A stretch of 63,624 nucleotides of DNA, filler included, from Octopus bimaculoides (GCF_001194135.2; 4 parts of 3 records of this genome joined end to end with filler, not necessarily neighbours in it), one strand, 5' to 3'; positions 13,382-28,216 are shown, counted from the whole stretch's first letter. Notes: generated by a model not told the origin, from the letters alone. Made by a program: numbers and translations.

Positions 13382-16019
13382 TATATATATATATTATATA
13401 TATATATATGTATNNNNNNNNNNNNNNNNNNNNNNNNNNNNNNNNNNNNNNNNNNNNNNNNNNNNNNNNNNNNNNNNNNNNNNNNNNNNNNNNNNNNNNN
13501 NNNNNNNNNNNNNNNNNNNNNNNNNNNNNNNNNNNNNNNNNNNNNNNNNNNNNNNNNNNNNATATATATATATATATATATATATATAAATTTGTAAGGA
13601 ACGTATGTGTTTATATTTATATATATTTTCGTTATGCTTATACACACATACCTATACATCATTTATAATTTTCTGTATATGCTCCAATAATATACATAAA
13701 TATTCATACACACAGACACATCAAAGTTAAAATAATGATTGACTATAAAATTATTTTGTGCATGCCATGATATAAATCATATTTGCATGATGATAACTTA
13801 ACTCTATTGCTTTACAACTGACAGGCACAGTATATTAGTTTCTGCTACATATATTAGTAAACCTTTACTTTGTGTTTCAAATACTGTCTCGAATTTCTCA
13901 GACTTTCAATATCCATGAAGGCTAATTTTGATGAGTCCGATAATCTTTGACTTTACTGTCTCCCCACACTGCTTTGTTGAACGATATCTATCATTATTTG
14001 TTCCATGAATGGAATGGCAGTGTTTTGCAATTTTGCTTTATCTTTTTATAAAATATTTTACTGCAAACATCAATATTACGACATCATTATTACCAGAATT
14101 GGCAGATTCAGTTGAACGCCAAATAAAATCTCCTGCAGTATTTAATTATATCCCTGTTTTTCGTTCAAATCCCACCAAGGCTGCCATTGCATTTTATTAT
14201 TTCGTGTTCAATAAAATAGAGTAACAGTCACGCTCTGGGTTCATATTATCAGCTATTCCTACCCCACACATTTTGTGAGCCTGTGCTAATGTTAGAAATC
14301 TACATTATAGCAGAATCTGTGTTACTCTGCCTGTCCATCTGTTCATCTACCATACGCACAGACTAAAATGATTTTCAAGTACATTATTTTCTTTATGTTT
14401 TTGTCAAGGGGGAAGATAATGCTCACAATACCATCATGTGTATGTTGAAAATAGGGACATTGATCTTGATAATCAACACGGGGTTCCATACAATGACTGA
14501 TCATCGTAAAAATATGAAGCTTACGTTACTTTTGAATAGCGTGCATCTGTTAAAGCTATCAAATATCTATATACATTCTATATAAATACATATTCAAACA
14601 TACATACCATTTTATAATCTTATAAAAAGATATTAAGACCAAGTCCATCTATTTATTCGTAATGCAGATCAGCAGAATCCTTGAAAAAAATAATCTCCAA
14701 AATGAATTCAGATTCATAAAACCAATCAACGAGTAATTCTTATCCCAATAATGCCGAAAATGCCTTTCAACAATGTCACTCACCTAATCTCTAGGCTTAT
14801 TTTGATAATAACACTGAAGAACCAGAAACAAAAAATACTCTATATTGCAACTCCTTTGAACATTATGCATTAAAGTCACTGAATAAGAGGAGGTGGAGAA
14901 AGACTAGACGGCCAGAAGGAGTACCAAAAATCATAGATAGAAACCATAGATACATTGACCATCCATCACGGGAAAACTGTTCTGTTTGAAAATATTACTT
15001 CATCACCGCAGCGCTGGAGCTACAACTATTGAAAACTTTCACGCGGCCGACAAGGTAACCAATGGAAGTTGTAAACAACCTTGCGAAGTAACGACCGAAA
15101 ACGGTAAATGTGCATGAATGGAACTGCACTGACTCGGTCTTCAGAAAAGTTCAGGAAATAATAGTTACAATTCTTCATTTCTGCTCTTCCTTTGAGCCTC
15201 TGAATTTGCACAATCTGTTATGCGATAGATAATCCTATTGAAGATTTTCTACATCGCAGAAGAGAAACAATAATCACTGAAAATACTTCAGAAATCTTCT
15301 CCATTAATGATATGGTATGCGCACTGGATAACCAGTTCATTCAGTATGTGTATTCAACGTTCAACAGTTTGTTATGGTTTGCCAGATGCAGACTAACTTC
15401 CAAGAAAATATTTCTGGTAATCCAGTTAAAATAAATCCTAAATGCGAACCTATTACAATGTATACATAAATGTTCAAGAACTTATAGAGGATTGATCTTT
15501 TCTGTGAATAAAAAAGCAAAAAAGAAAAGAAAAAAAAAAGAAAATTACAATGATGAGAGTGACTTGATTTTATACTGATACTCTAAACGTTACTGACAAT
15601 TTACTGATTATGCTTTTGATGAAAAATAAATTGATCTTCGCGGAATTTGAATTCAGACAGTTGGAACAAATACATACAAGGTATTCTAATGCCCCAACAA
15701 CTCTTCCAATACACTGCCATTGAAGGAAGATAAATGAAAAGTAGTCAAATGAATTAAATTGAAAATAACAGTAAATCCAAGGAATCAAAATTTCGCAAGA
15801 CAGGCCATCACCATAAAAACACTATGGAATATATTGGAAGAATTCTATAATTCCAGACTCTACAGGCAAATCACTGTCTAAAGCGTCAGCTTAAAGACAG
15901 CTGATATAAAATACCGGAGATACGTTTTTTCCACGTGGAAACTAAAGGAGTTACTTTATATTGTAAGCTTTTCTTTTGATAGTGCCTGAATCATTCGCAT
16001 TGCTGGAAATAACACATAC

Positions 16020-16202
16020 GGCGAGCTGGCAGAATCGTTAGAACGCCGGGCAAAGTGCTTAATGGCACTTCATCCGTCTTTAAGTGGTCGACTTTCTTTC
16101 CGCGTCTATAAAAATACATATCAGTCGAGCACTGGCGACGATGTAATCGACTTGTCCCCACCACCCTAAATTTCAAGCCTGTGCCAATAGAAAAAAGGAT
16201 TG
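16020..16202 (+). mobile_element. SINE family A copy (internally deleted, CpG-retaining)
   Basis: ggcgagctggcagaatcgttagaacgccgggcaaagtgc ... gcctgtgccaatagaaaaaaggatt. Confidence 0.75.
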
Positions 16203-18709
16203 CTGGACATCCGGAAGTTTGGCAGGTGTGCCAGGCTTATAAGCGTTTCGTTTCTTAACCCGCACTCTTCATCTAAGCGAGATAGCAAGAACTGAATCGG
16301 CCTTCGTCTGAAGAAGGGTGCCATTAGCGTTCACTTTAGCAATCACACCATACTTGAGTTGGTTTCAGCTGCCATGACTAGCACCTTAGTGGCTTTCTTC
16401 AGAGAAGAATAGCGTTACATATCACTCTAAAACGTACAAGACATTGACTACCCTGATTTGACTTTTAAAATTCCGAAAGTTTTCTAAAACAATAAACAAG
16501 AAAGGAAACGAAAAGGCAAGAGAACAAATAAATATCTGCTACGACCGTAAAAGAACTGGTAGACAGCTGACTTTCAGTAGATACTGTAGAATTGTTAGTG
16601 GCCAGGTCATGTATGCTTGTGCAGCAGAATACTTTTCATTTGCTACACGGTACTATAAAACGATGTTTTTAATGTGAATAAGTCTATCTTATAATCTTGT
16701 AATGACGCTGCCACGATGTAAATACTTCATTTTCACAACACAATCTCAGAACAAGTCAATTGCCAAGCAAGTAAAACTTGAACACACGCACGCACACACA
16801 CATACTAGCACACACACGAACACACAGCTATATATATATATACATANNNNNNNNNNNNNNNNNNNNNNNNNNNNNNNNNNNNNNNNNNNNNNNNNNNNNN
16901 NNNNNNNNNNNNNNNNNNNNNNNNNNNNNNNNNNNNNNNNNNNNNNATATATATATATATACATATATATATATATGTGTGTGTGTGTATATGTATATAT
17001 ATATCTTTGTGTGTGCGTCTTCGGTATGTTTACGATCCCGTAACTTAGTTGTTCGGTAAAAGAGACAGAGAAAATAAATACTAGCCTTTATAAACAAATA
17101 ATAAGCTATGGGGTGGATAAGTTCGGCTAAATTTTTTCAAGACGGTGCCCCCAACATGGCTGCAATCGAATGTCTGAAACATACAAAAGGTAAAATATAA
17201 GAGGTTATGGTGGCATTAGTCCGGAGATGACATTACTTATGGAGGAAATGTGTATGCCAGATGCATTTTGGACTATTTGAGCCTTTCCAATGGTGCGAAT
17301 TAGCTGACAAACACATGCTGAGACGAAGATGCAACTGGCTCTGGCGTACTCGCTGGCAGTTGGTGGAATGAATTTTGGTCTTGATATTTACTGGGCTTTT
17401 AACACAGTACACCCGTAAGAAATATAAATTTAGAATAAATACCGCAGTAACTGGTCTATCGACTGTGTATACATTACGTATGATACATAGGCAGTTATTT
17501 TCTATTTAATCATGCTTCATTTTCGTACACCAGATACATACACATACGTATGTATGTATATGTATGCACGAACACATTTATGCACACACATGTATATACA
17601 TGTATATATATTTCAAAGGCGTTTGAAAATTGGGTATGAGAAAAACCGAGTAGCTACTCCAGTAGATTATACATAATATTTATAGATACAAGTTCACTAA
17701 ATGTAGCCAGCGCAAAACTACTTCACCCAAGCGAGAAATTTTATCGGGCGGAGGGCACAAAGATTCAATATATAGTCTGCACTATGACTGTATGCGTACA
17801 TACAGGTTCATATACAGATACACATATATACACGCACATATACAGGCACACCCATTGGCACATGCGCGCGCTCATACATATATATGTGAGTGTATTCATA
17901 AAATAATTCTTATCACGTTGAGCATTGAAAAATTCAAATGAGGTATTCTACTTTGTCAGCACTCAGAAAATGTTTCAACAATAGTTATAAATGCTTTTAT
18001 AGTTTTCTTTATTTCTCCTGTAACATATCAATTTAATTTACTACACTTTCAACCGTGTAAAACTACTATATATTTCTCCTATATATTTTCATTTTTGTTC
18101 AATTCTTTTTTTTCTGCAATTGTCATTCAACTCAAAGGCATAAATATTTAGAAATATTCCCTCCATAAATTTCTCTTAGATGTTATATACGCAGAAAAGA
18201 AGTGAGTGTTAAAATACGTGACAAAATATTTAACAGAAAATATATCTAAATGTTAACTAAGTGAAAAAAATGAAGCGCTAAGTGTGCATTAAAATGTGTC
18301 ACCGGTCAGTAATATTTCTATTATTTCATAAATTATGGTAGAGAACTCTGTACATATTTTGGGCGTATTGCATCTCTTCAGTGAAGCTGTGCTTGCAAAG
18401 AGAAGTTATCCTAAATTTTTCTGTTGAAAGTTCCAGATAGGTACAAACAAAAAAAAAAGTTTGTGTATTTTCGTTTCATAAACGAGGCGAAGAATATTAA
18501 GCACCTGTATGCAGTGTAGTTATTGGACATCGTGATAAGCAATTGTGATTGCTCGGTCTCACATTCTGATGTGTTATTTCAGGAAACAACTACATATAAA
18601 ACAATTTCAACGCTACTTGAAAGAATGCGTAAAAGCGGGTATCTTTCTGTGGCACTAGAATCATTTACTAGTCTCACATCATATATATATATGCATGTAT
18701 GTATATATG

Positions 18710-18955
18710 ACCATGGGATTACACCTAGAAATTTACCCTACTGAGGCACAGGTCCAGGCAAGGTTGTTTATAGAAGACCAGCAGTCGCCCATGCGTACCA
18801 GCCTCTCCTCTCTACGCCACCGATGTTATCCAAGGGAAAGGCAAATTCCAGTACAACTTAGCGCCAGTGATATGGCAACCCATTTCTACAGATGAGCGAA
18901 CTGGAGCAACGTGAAATAAATGTCTTACTCAATAACACAACACACAATCCGGTCC
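18710..18955 (-). mobile_element. SINE family C copy
   Basis: Reverse complement matches the 20.8, 55.1 and 61.0 kb copies (atttcacgttgctccag ... caaccttgcc ... cccatggtc). Confidence 0.8.
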
Positions 18956-18978
18956 NNNNNNNNNNTATATATATATAT

Positions 18979-19031
<53 letters not shown>

Positions 19032-19914
19032 TGGTACAACAAAGCACCAATGTTTACTGGAAATAGCAGTCGATACATTTACGACGCTAGACACATACTA
19101 TCCACACACATATATAATGTATGTATGTATACATACCTATATATAAACATATTTAAAAAGAATAATGTATTTTGTAATAGTAAAATTTCAACAAATATTC
19201 AATGTGCAATCGTTAATAAAAGATATGCTCTGTTTCCCTACTTCTCTATCCGTCTCTTTCACATTTTCTTTCTTTTTCCGATTTTAATCTTAAAATTACT
19301 TTACTGTAGAACTAAATATCTTTCCGTGCAGAAGAATTAATTAAAGATATATTTGTTGTGCATTCACATATTAGTTGAGATTACAGTGATAAAGCATTAT
19401 CCATTCTTAGAAATTTCAGGTGTTTATTTCCCAGATACATATATTGTGAAATTATTATTTAGATATTTATTTCGTTATAATGTCCTTTATTTTGTTTTTA
19501 GCATTCTCAGCTGACGTCATGCTCGAGTACCTCTTAATTATTTGTTTGAAGCAAGGATTTTCCTTCATGTAAGTTTCACACGTGATTCCTTTATCCCTGT
19601 TCCCAAATGGAGTATTTCAGTGATATCTTTTAAATCATCACTTTTCAACTGATTGAATTATTATGAAAGATACGGATTTGAGTCAGCTGTGGAGTGAGTG
19701 GGTGGAAATTCCACTCTTCATCAACGTTTAGAAAAATGAGTAAGATAGATGCAGATGTTGGAGATGGTGCTGGCAGTGGGAATCTGCAGATGTATCCTAC
19801 CCATAAAATAATTACAGGAAATGTTCATTTATACTATAGGCACAAGGTCTGACAGTTTGGTCGATTACATTGACCTCAGTTCTCAACTGGCACTTATTTC
19901 ATCGCATTAAAGAA

Positions 19915-20132
19915 AATATTCTTTTCTACTCTAGGTACAAGGCCCAAAATATTTGGTGAGGGAACCAATCGATTAGATCGACCCTAGTACGCAACTAATA
20001 CATAATTTATCGACCCCGAATGGATGGAAAGCAAAGTCGACTTTGGCGGAATTTGAAATCAGAACGTAAAGGTAGACGAAATACCGCTAAGCATTTCGCC
20101 TGGCGTGCTAACGATTCCGCCAGCTCACCTCC
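19915..20132 (-). mobile_element. SINE family A copy (CpG-rich)
   Basis: tttatcgaccccgaa ... aaagtcgactttggcggaatttgaa ... ggcgtgctaacgattccgccagctc. Confidence 0.85.
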
Positions 20133-20769
20133 CTAATTAACGAAAATATTAAGATATTGATTTGATAGCAATAACGTCTTCAATAAATAAATAAATATTG
20201 CTAACTGGACGTCTATAGTGTAAGTGAAGCTGTCCATTCAAATTTGTTGTAATCAAGGGCCAACAATGATACACATTTGAATTGGGGAACCCTGGTTCAA
20301 ACATTCATGTATCAGTATCGGGAAAAACTCTTCGGATGATAGTAGTTAGAAACACTGTAATTTAGTGACAACGGTTGCGCTTTTAAAATCTGGAATATTT
20401 TTCACTTAGAACAAAAACTACAATTTGTGATACAATGAAGTTTGGAGTGTGGATTCATTGAGAGTACTTCAAAATTACTGGAGGACTTTCTATACATTAA
20501 TCGCTAGGTTTCTAAACAAATTGTGACAAAGATTTACCTTTATTCTTGATTTGAATGAACGCACTTTGTCGTTGAAATTTCAAAATTTTCGTAGTAAGTA
20601 ACGTGTAATTTCTTTCAAAAGTTACTTGGCATTTTGCCGCTTCGGAAAGGCATGATCATTGTAGCGACAGGAGGCTGTGCGCACATGCTTTCGGTTGTAG
20701 CATGTGTACTGACAAATGGTATTGTCCAGGCAGGAATAGTTGACTATCAATTATGGGTATAAAAACATT

Positions 20770-21068
20770 TGTTATCGTGAGGTTGTGAGTTCGATTCCCG
20801 GACTGGATGTTTATTGTGTTGTTGTGCAAGACACTTTATTTCACGTTGCTCCTGTTCGCTCATCTGTATAAATGAGTTGCAACGTCACTGGTGCCAAACT
20901 GTATCAGCTTTGGCCTTTCCTTTGGGTAACATCAGTGGCGAGGTGAAGGGAGATTGGTATGCAAGGGCGACTGCTGGTCTTCTACAAACAACCTTCCCGG
21001 ACTTGTGTCTCGTAGTGTAACTCTCTAGGTGCAATCTTATGGTCATTCATGATCGAAGGGAGGCTTTT
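20770..21068 (+). mobile_element. SINE family C copy (tRNA-derived head)
   Basis: B-box-like gagttcgattcccgg, body shared with other copies, ending catgatcgaaggg. Confidence 0.8.
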
Positions 21069-21953
21069 TAACTTACATACACATTGAAGAACAGATTAAA
21101 CTATACTACAAATCTTTTCTGGGATATATGTTTGAAGCTCTCTTGAACACTAACTTCTCACTGAAGCGACCTCATCAATAGAGAAGGAGTAGTTTTTCGT
21201 AAAATTTTCTCTAAGAATGATCAGGTGCTCTCCTTCTTATTCCATCAGCAAGATTCCTATTTATGGTTGAAGTTTGACTGGAAGTTTTGTGTATCTGTAG
21301 AGTGTTTTCTTTTTGCTTTCTGTATTGGTGACTCTTGCCAACGTTTTAATTTATCGTTTATTAAAGAAAGTTAGTGACAATAGTTATTTTTAACTATTCC
21401 TGTTAAATGTTTTTTTTTTCAATACGTCCATAGACTGGTCACTTATATTATAAGAAGTTGTTAAGTGATCTATGCAGGAATCATTAATGTAAAAGGGTCT
21501 GGTTTCTGAAGGTGTCAAGTATAAGTAACATAACCAGATCTATTACGTAAGATCCATTATAGCTTTCCTTAGAAAAGACAGACAAATGGTCTTTATTCAC
21601 TTTGTTCCATTGTATAACAGTGGCTTTCTGTTCTTTTTATTAATTCTGGTGACGGGATCATTANNNNNNNNNNNNNNNNNNNNNNNNNNNNNNNNNTATA
21701 TATATATATATATATATATGAGTGCGCGTGCGCGTTTGTTGTGTGTGTAACGTGCACATGAGAGCATGCATGTATGTCTGTGTATATGTACATAGTATAT
21801 GGGCTAGCATATGTGCATTTATATGTGTGTATATATATATGTATACGTAAACAATTATACTCCTACAAATTTAATTGTACATATCTCTTTGCATGTAGTA
21901 TGCATCTCTCTTTCTCTGTCTACATACCAACATACATACATATAAACATACAT

Positions 21954-22006
<53 letters not shown>

Positions 22007-22781
22007 CATTCTTTAATTCTTAAGGTGCTTCAGCTTTAAAGCTACGTTCATACTGGGGACGCTAGACAGGCAAAAACAAGGAAAATGCACCTTGTATTTG
22101 TATACTATGCAAATCTTTTTTTAAAAAAAAATCTTTTAATTTTCCAAAAATTTAATTGTTTTCCAAACTTAGAGTTGAAAAAGTCTGAATGATTGAAACC
22201 GGTACTAAAATGTTTTTTTATGATGAAATTATCTTAACATCTTCTACCTTGACTTTTTTTCCTTATATATATATATAGTTATTACAAANNNNNNNNNNNN
22301 NNNNNNNNNNNNNNNNNNNNNNNNNNNNNNNNNNNNNNNNNNNNNNNNNNNNNNNNNNNNNNNNNNNNNNNNNNNNNNNNNNNNNNNNNNNNNNNNNNNN
22401 NNNNNNNNNNNNNNNNNNNNNNNNNNNNNNNNNNNNNNNNNNNNNNNNNNNNNNNNNNNNNNNNNNNNNNNNNNNNNNNNNNNNNNNNNNNNNNNNNNNN
22501 NNNNNNNNNNNNNNNNNNNNNNNNNNNNNNNNNNNNNNNNNNNNNNNNNNNNNNNNNNNNNNNNNNNNNNNNNNNNNNNNNNNNNNNNNNNNNNNNNNNN
22601 NNNNNNNNNNNNNNNNNNNNNNNNNNNNNNNNNNNNNNNNNNNNNNNNNNNNNNNNNNNNNNNNNNNNNNNNNNNNNNNNNNNNNNNNNNNNNNNNNNNN
22701 NNNNNNNNNNNNNNNNNNNNNNNNNNNNNNNNNNNNNNNNNNNNNNNNNNNNNNNNNNNNNNNNNNNNNNNNNNNNNNNNN

Positions 22782-22819
<38 letters not shown>

Positions 22820-22964
22820 CATCTCAGTATAAAGTTCAGTAAATGTATTCTCGTTGAAAAAACTGAGTAAGCGGAATGCTGCAGAAAATTATTTCAGTAT
22901 TTTCTCGAAAGCAGGGATATATCTTATCCAAACGTCGAGAATATACATTTTAAATTTTACTTAT

Positions 22965-23395
22965 TTCAATCAACTGACTGTGGCCATGCTGGGACACCGC
23001 ATCGAGGAAATTTAGGCGAACAAATCGACTCCAGTACTTATATTGCTAAAGCCTCGTGCTTATATTATCGGTCACTTTTGCCGCACCACTAAGTTATGTG
23101 AACATAAACACACTAGCGGAAGTTGTCACGCGGTTGTGGGGAGGAACACAGACACAAAGACACACACGCATACAGACACAAACACACACACACACACACA
23201 CAAACATATACATACGCCTATACATACGGCGGGCTTTTTTCAGTTTCAGTTTACTAAATCCACTCACAATGTTTTAGTCGGCCCGAGTTTATAGTAGAAA
23301 AAAACTTAACTTGCCCATGGTAAAATGCTGTGGGAATGAACCCGGAACAATGTGGTTGGGAAGTAAATTTCTAACCACGCAGCAACATCTGCACC
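22965..23395 (-). mobile_element. SINE family B copy (tRNA-derived)
   Basis: Reverse complement gives ccacattgttccgggttcattcccacagc ... tactataaactcgggccgactaaa, shared with the 29.3, 29.5, 52.0 and 58.6 kb copies. Confidence 0.8.
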
Positions 23396-23679
23396 TATAT
23401 ATTAGATAAACTCAAAAGATTCTTTTAATTGTAAATTTCTAGTGCCATTGACATTACAGAATTTAATGCATTTCACTCATTAATCGTTCCAAATCACGAA
23501 ACACAGACACCTCTATGTTCTTAACAGATTTTGCAAGAAATAGTAGTGAAATTCCCAAGAAATTACGCTCTAAAGTGGAATGTATTCGCTAGTTTGCATC
23601 ATGATGTGCTCTGTGATGCGTATAGAATGTTTAAAGCTAAAATACTTTCAGGAGCTTATCTGAAATAAATAGTAATAAT

Positions 23680-23868
23680 CCGTTCTACTATAGGCATACG
23701 GCCTGGAGTTTGTGGGGAGGGGGATAGTCAATCGCATCGACCCCAGTATTCACCTGGTACTTAATTTATCGACCCCGAAAGGATGAAAGGCAAGGATGAC
23801 CTCAGCGGAATTTGAACTCAGAACGTAGCGACGTGCGAAATACTGCTGAGCATCCCGCCTGGCGTGAG
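23680..23868 (-). mobile_element. SINE family A copy
   Basis: tttatcgaccccgaaaggatgaaaggcaag ... ggaatttgaactcagaacgtagcg. Confidence 0.85.
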
Positions 23869-24825
23869 ATGAATAATAATAATAGCAACTCAGAAACGAG
23901 CCAAAAGGAAAGCCATTTGTCATGGTAGAAATAATTGTCAAACACCCAATGAGCAAATACTACGATACACGTTTTTGAGAAGGGTTTAGTTTCACAACCG
24001 GAACACCGACNNNNNNNNNNNNNNNNNNNNNNNNNNNNNNNNNNNNNNNNNNNNNNNNNNNNNNNNNNNNNNNNNNNNNNNNNNNNNNNNNNNNNNNNNN
24101 NNNNNNNNNNNNNNNNNNNNNNNNNNNNNNNNNNNNNNNNNNNNNNNNNNNNNNNNNNNNNNNNNNNNNNNNNNNNNNNNNNNNNNNNNNNNNNNNNNNN
24201 NNNNNNNNNNNNNNNNNNNNNNNNNNNNNNNNNNNNNNNNNNNNNNNNNNNNNNNNNNNNNNNNNNNNNNNNNNNNNNNNNNNNNNNNNNNNNNNNNNNN
24301 NNNNNNNNNNNNNNNNNNNNNNNNNNNNNNNNNNNNNNNNNNNNNNNNNNNNNNNNNNNNNNNNNNNNNNNNNNNNNNNNNNNNNNNNNNNNNNNNNNNN
24401 NNNNNNNNNNNNNNNNNNNNNNNNNNNNNNNNNNNNNNNNNNNNNNNNNNNNNNNNNNNNNNNNNNNNNNNNNNNNNNNNNNNNNNNNNNNNNNNNNNNN
24501 NNNNNNNNNNNNNNNNNNNNNNNNNNNNNNNNNNNNNNNNNNNNNNNNNNNNNNNNNNNNNNNNNNNNNNNNNNNNNNNNNNNNNNNNNNNNNNNNNNNN
24601 NNNNNNNNNNNNNNNNNNNNNNNNNNNNNNNNNNNNNNNNNNNNNNNNNNNNNNNNNNNNNNNNNNNNNNNNNNNNNNNNNNNNNNNNNNNNNNNNNNNN
24701 NNNNNNNNNNNNNNNNNNNNNNNNNNNNNNNNNNNNNNNNNNNNNNNNNNNNNNNNNNNNNNNNNNNNNNNNNNNNNNNNNNNNNNNNNNNNNNNNNNNN
24801 NNNNNNACTGTCTATGTGATCTCAA

Positions 24826-25045
24826 ATTTTAAAGCAAACACATAATTTTCTTATGGTTTCTTAAACATTCACTTGAACAAAACTGTACAAATCCAAATAT
24901 ATGGTACCCTAGGCATAACACCTACATGAACTTCTAACTTGTTGTCTCTTGAGGTCTCTGGGTGAGACTTGGATCCAACTTGTACAAATGCAAAACAAAA
25001 GTCAAACATAAAATAATAATAATAATAATAATGATGATGATGATG
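24826..25045 (+). mobile_element. Probable LINE 3' UTR with (AAT)n tail
   Basis: gaggtctctgggtgagacttgga ... aataataat; resembles R4-type 3' ends. No ORF visible (adjacent to a gap). Confidence 0.45.
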
Positions 25046-25049
25046 ACTT

Positions 25050-25535
25050 AACTGATTGGAAGTGTTATCATGTACATTGTTTTGTCTTGGTATAAAAGAT
25101 GGGCTACAGCAAATATTCTGCTCAATACTACAGATATATTTGTTAATTGTTTGATCTTAATCAGTTGAGCATGACCCTTAGTGGGTGACGATATGTGCAT
25201 CTCTGATCATGAGCAGAAATAGTGGGGGAGCATCATAGCCATGTGTTGAGAAGAATTCTTTGGGGTTTGGATAATTCTCCTTTGGAAATATGGCGGTTTC
25301 GTTCAACATCCTTAAATAACCCAGATTCAGGGACCTTTTGAGCAGGATGGGCTACTCGACCTGAAGAAAATTTCAACTGGGCCCCACCTGCAAGGTCATA
25401 TGAGATGATTATGTCGCGCATATATGATTGTGATTCATGCGCCTAGTGTACCCTTATTAGACGGTTAGTCATAATGGGTATATTCGACTTCGTATATTTT
25501 ACCTCAGTGTCATTTTGATGGCATGCACTGCTTTC
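25050..25535. repeat. Unclassified interspersed repeat
   Basis: Complex non-coding sequence between microsatellite tracts and TEs, resembling an abundant octopus repeat from memory. No second copy in this window. Confidence 0.35.
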
Positions 25536-25561
25536 TCACTCACTCATAGTAATGATAATAA

Positions 25562-25775
25562 TACTTTTTACTATAGGTATAAGGCCCAAAATATTTGGAG
25601 AGGGAGCTAGTCGATTAGATCTATCGACTACGCAAATGGTGCATAATTTATCGATCCCGAAATGATGTAGGACAAAGACGACTTCGGTGGCATTTGAATT
25701 CAGAACGTAGCAGGAGACGAAATAGCGCTAAGCATTTCACCCGGCATGTTAACGATTCTGCCAGATCGTAGCCTT
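25562..25775 (-). mobile_element. SINE family A copy
   Basis: Tail tactataggtataaggccc, head rc ccggcatgttaacgattctgccag, (AAT)n on both sides. Confidence 0.8.
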
Positions 25776-26239
25776 AATAATAATAATAATGATAACAACA
25801 ACAACAATAATAATAATAGCCCTGTGCTGAATAACATGCTTATGCTACACTGGGTTCCCCATTCAAAAGCAAATCTAATCTAATGGTATCGATGAAATTG
25901 GATAAATGAACCTGTGGAAGACTTGAATGATGCGGTCTTTTAACGAAAATAATCACAAAAACGAAGTTTTACTGCCATACAAAGCACAGTTTCTCCTATG
26001 CACGATGTGTCAGTGAAATATGTGCGAAACACACACGTGAAATCAACACCGGAAAGTTTACAAATTATAAAATAGAAATGGAACAAAACAATAAATACAT
26101 AAATTGAGTAATTGCGCATACCCTCGAATGTCTACATAATCATGTATACATTTTGATACCCATAGGACTACACATAAATGTCAATGTTTACACATCTACG
26201 TGAAATTTACATGGCGTACATTCACGTATATGAAAACAC

Positions 26240-28216
26240 GTGACACAAACGAAGCAAAAAAAAATCAACAAAAAAACAGAAGAATACAAATCTGTTAGCC
26301 TTAAGAAGCTAAGTTACGAGCAATGTTTATATGCTGAGAACTCGGAGACGGTGATGTCTCAAAAAATTAACCCCAAACAGACAGATCCGTCTCCTAATAT
26401 CAACGTCGAAGCTCATCATGCCTCAATGATAACAAAGCAAAATACAAACCGAATTGGTCGTCGAGCGGGTCACAAAGAGCCACGTACTCGATTGATGAAC
26501 CAGATTCGAGACGAAAAATCAGCTACTGGTTCAAATCTTCCCGAAATACATGAACTGGAAGTATCCCTCAACCGGAATATTCTAACAGGTGGCCATCCAT
26601 ACTCGTCGTCAAATAACCAAAAGAAAAAAGAATGAAAAATGGTCTAGGGGACGTAATGGAAAAGTTCTTACGGCCTTCTACCATGCCATATATTTCCCCA
26701 CAAATAAATCTAATACTGTACAAACCAATTTAAACTGGAGACAGAAACACCTTGCAGTAAGACCTTACATAGACAGTAACAAACGTGCTAACGTCAGAAA
26801 AGAAACATTATGGAAAAGAAATTACTAACTGAAGTAGAGATTGACCAAATTTAATAAGAAGTAAGGGATAAATGGAACGAAGCTGCAGCTAAAGAAGATA
26901 CTACAGAGGAAATAATTATAGACCAGCCCAGGGCTGATGAAAATACAGTAATGATTGAAAGAGTTAATGTAACTGATAGGCAAAGTGAAATACTCTCTGA
27001 ACCAACCATCACACAGAAATTGACCCACCAGAACAACATGATCTAAAACATCAAATCATGATTGAATGGCTGAAAATTAAAGAAACCAGTATGAATGAAC
27101 GCGACACTCCCAAAAATTTGCAATTCTAACCAAAACCTGAATATAATTATTAAAATCCGCCTTGCACTTAAGAATATAATTTCAGCTAATGATTTTGACA
27201 GTACAGATCTCAACCACCTGTACTATGCATCCACAAAAATCTATGTGGAGAAAAGATTAGAAAACGACAACATTCCCACAAAAAGCCTACTTGGCAAGAG
27301 CGTATTCAACATCAAATTCAGCTATTTATAACATAGAATGTTAAAAAAAACCTTAAGTTTGACAAGACTATCAAACCTACAGAAACCTGAAAATTAAAGA
27401 AAAAAAATTGATATGAAAACCATATTTGACATTGATACCACAATAGAAACCCTCAAGCAAAAGGTACGTGCTAAAGCTGCCCGCATAGCAAGGTATGAAA
27501 AGCGTGTTAGATTCTTCAAGAACAACAACATATTAAAAAATAACCCCTAAAATTTTCACAGGAAGATAGGTAAAATACCAGGTACATTAATGTCTGTCCT
27601 ATCAAAAGAAGAAGTGTAGGAATTTTGGAATAAAATTTGGGCAGAAGAAAAGACACACAATGAAAAGTCCCCTTGGATTGATAGAATATATACAGACTTA
27701 GACTACTTAGAGGAGCAAAAGTGTGAGGGTGTCAAGGTAGAGAATGTAAGATCTGCTCTCAGGAAGTCAAGCAAATGGAAGTCTCCAGGAAAGGATAACA
27801 TTCCTAACTTCTGGTTGAATGCCTTCCCAGTGAGTCATGAACTGCTAACAAAACTTTACAACAATGTTATGCAACAACCTAGTCTGATTCCCTCTTGGCT
27901 AGTTAATGGTGTAACATTCCTAATTCCAAAAAATGAAGAAACAAATGAACCAAAAAATTATCGACCCATAACCTGCTTAACAACAATGTATAAAACGCTA
28001 ACATCTGTCTTGACTGAATATACCTATAGTTTTTTAATAGAAAGTAGCATATTCCATAATGAACAAAAAGGATGTAAACGTGGGTTCTATGGTTGTAAAG
28101 ATCAGCTACTCATCAATAAGATGATCTTGAAAGATTGTCACAGACGACACAAAAAACTTGTCAATAACCTGGATAGACTATAAAGATGCTTTTGATAGTT
28201 TACTACATTGCTAGAT
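26240..28216 (+). mobile_element. Decayed R4/Dong-like retrotransposon, N-terminus through RT domain 3
   Basis: EKWSRGRNGKVLTAFYHA (N-terminal motif); PGKDNIPNFWLNAF..LIPK..EPKNYRPITCL..EQKGCKRG.YGCKDQLLINK..WIDYKDAFDS. Multiple stops and frameshifts. Confidence 0.9.

Noticed and set aside
20620-20750. Cys-rich minus-strand frame or hydrophobic plus-strand frame
   Set aside because: About 40 codons, weak splice signals and no recognisable domain.
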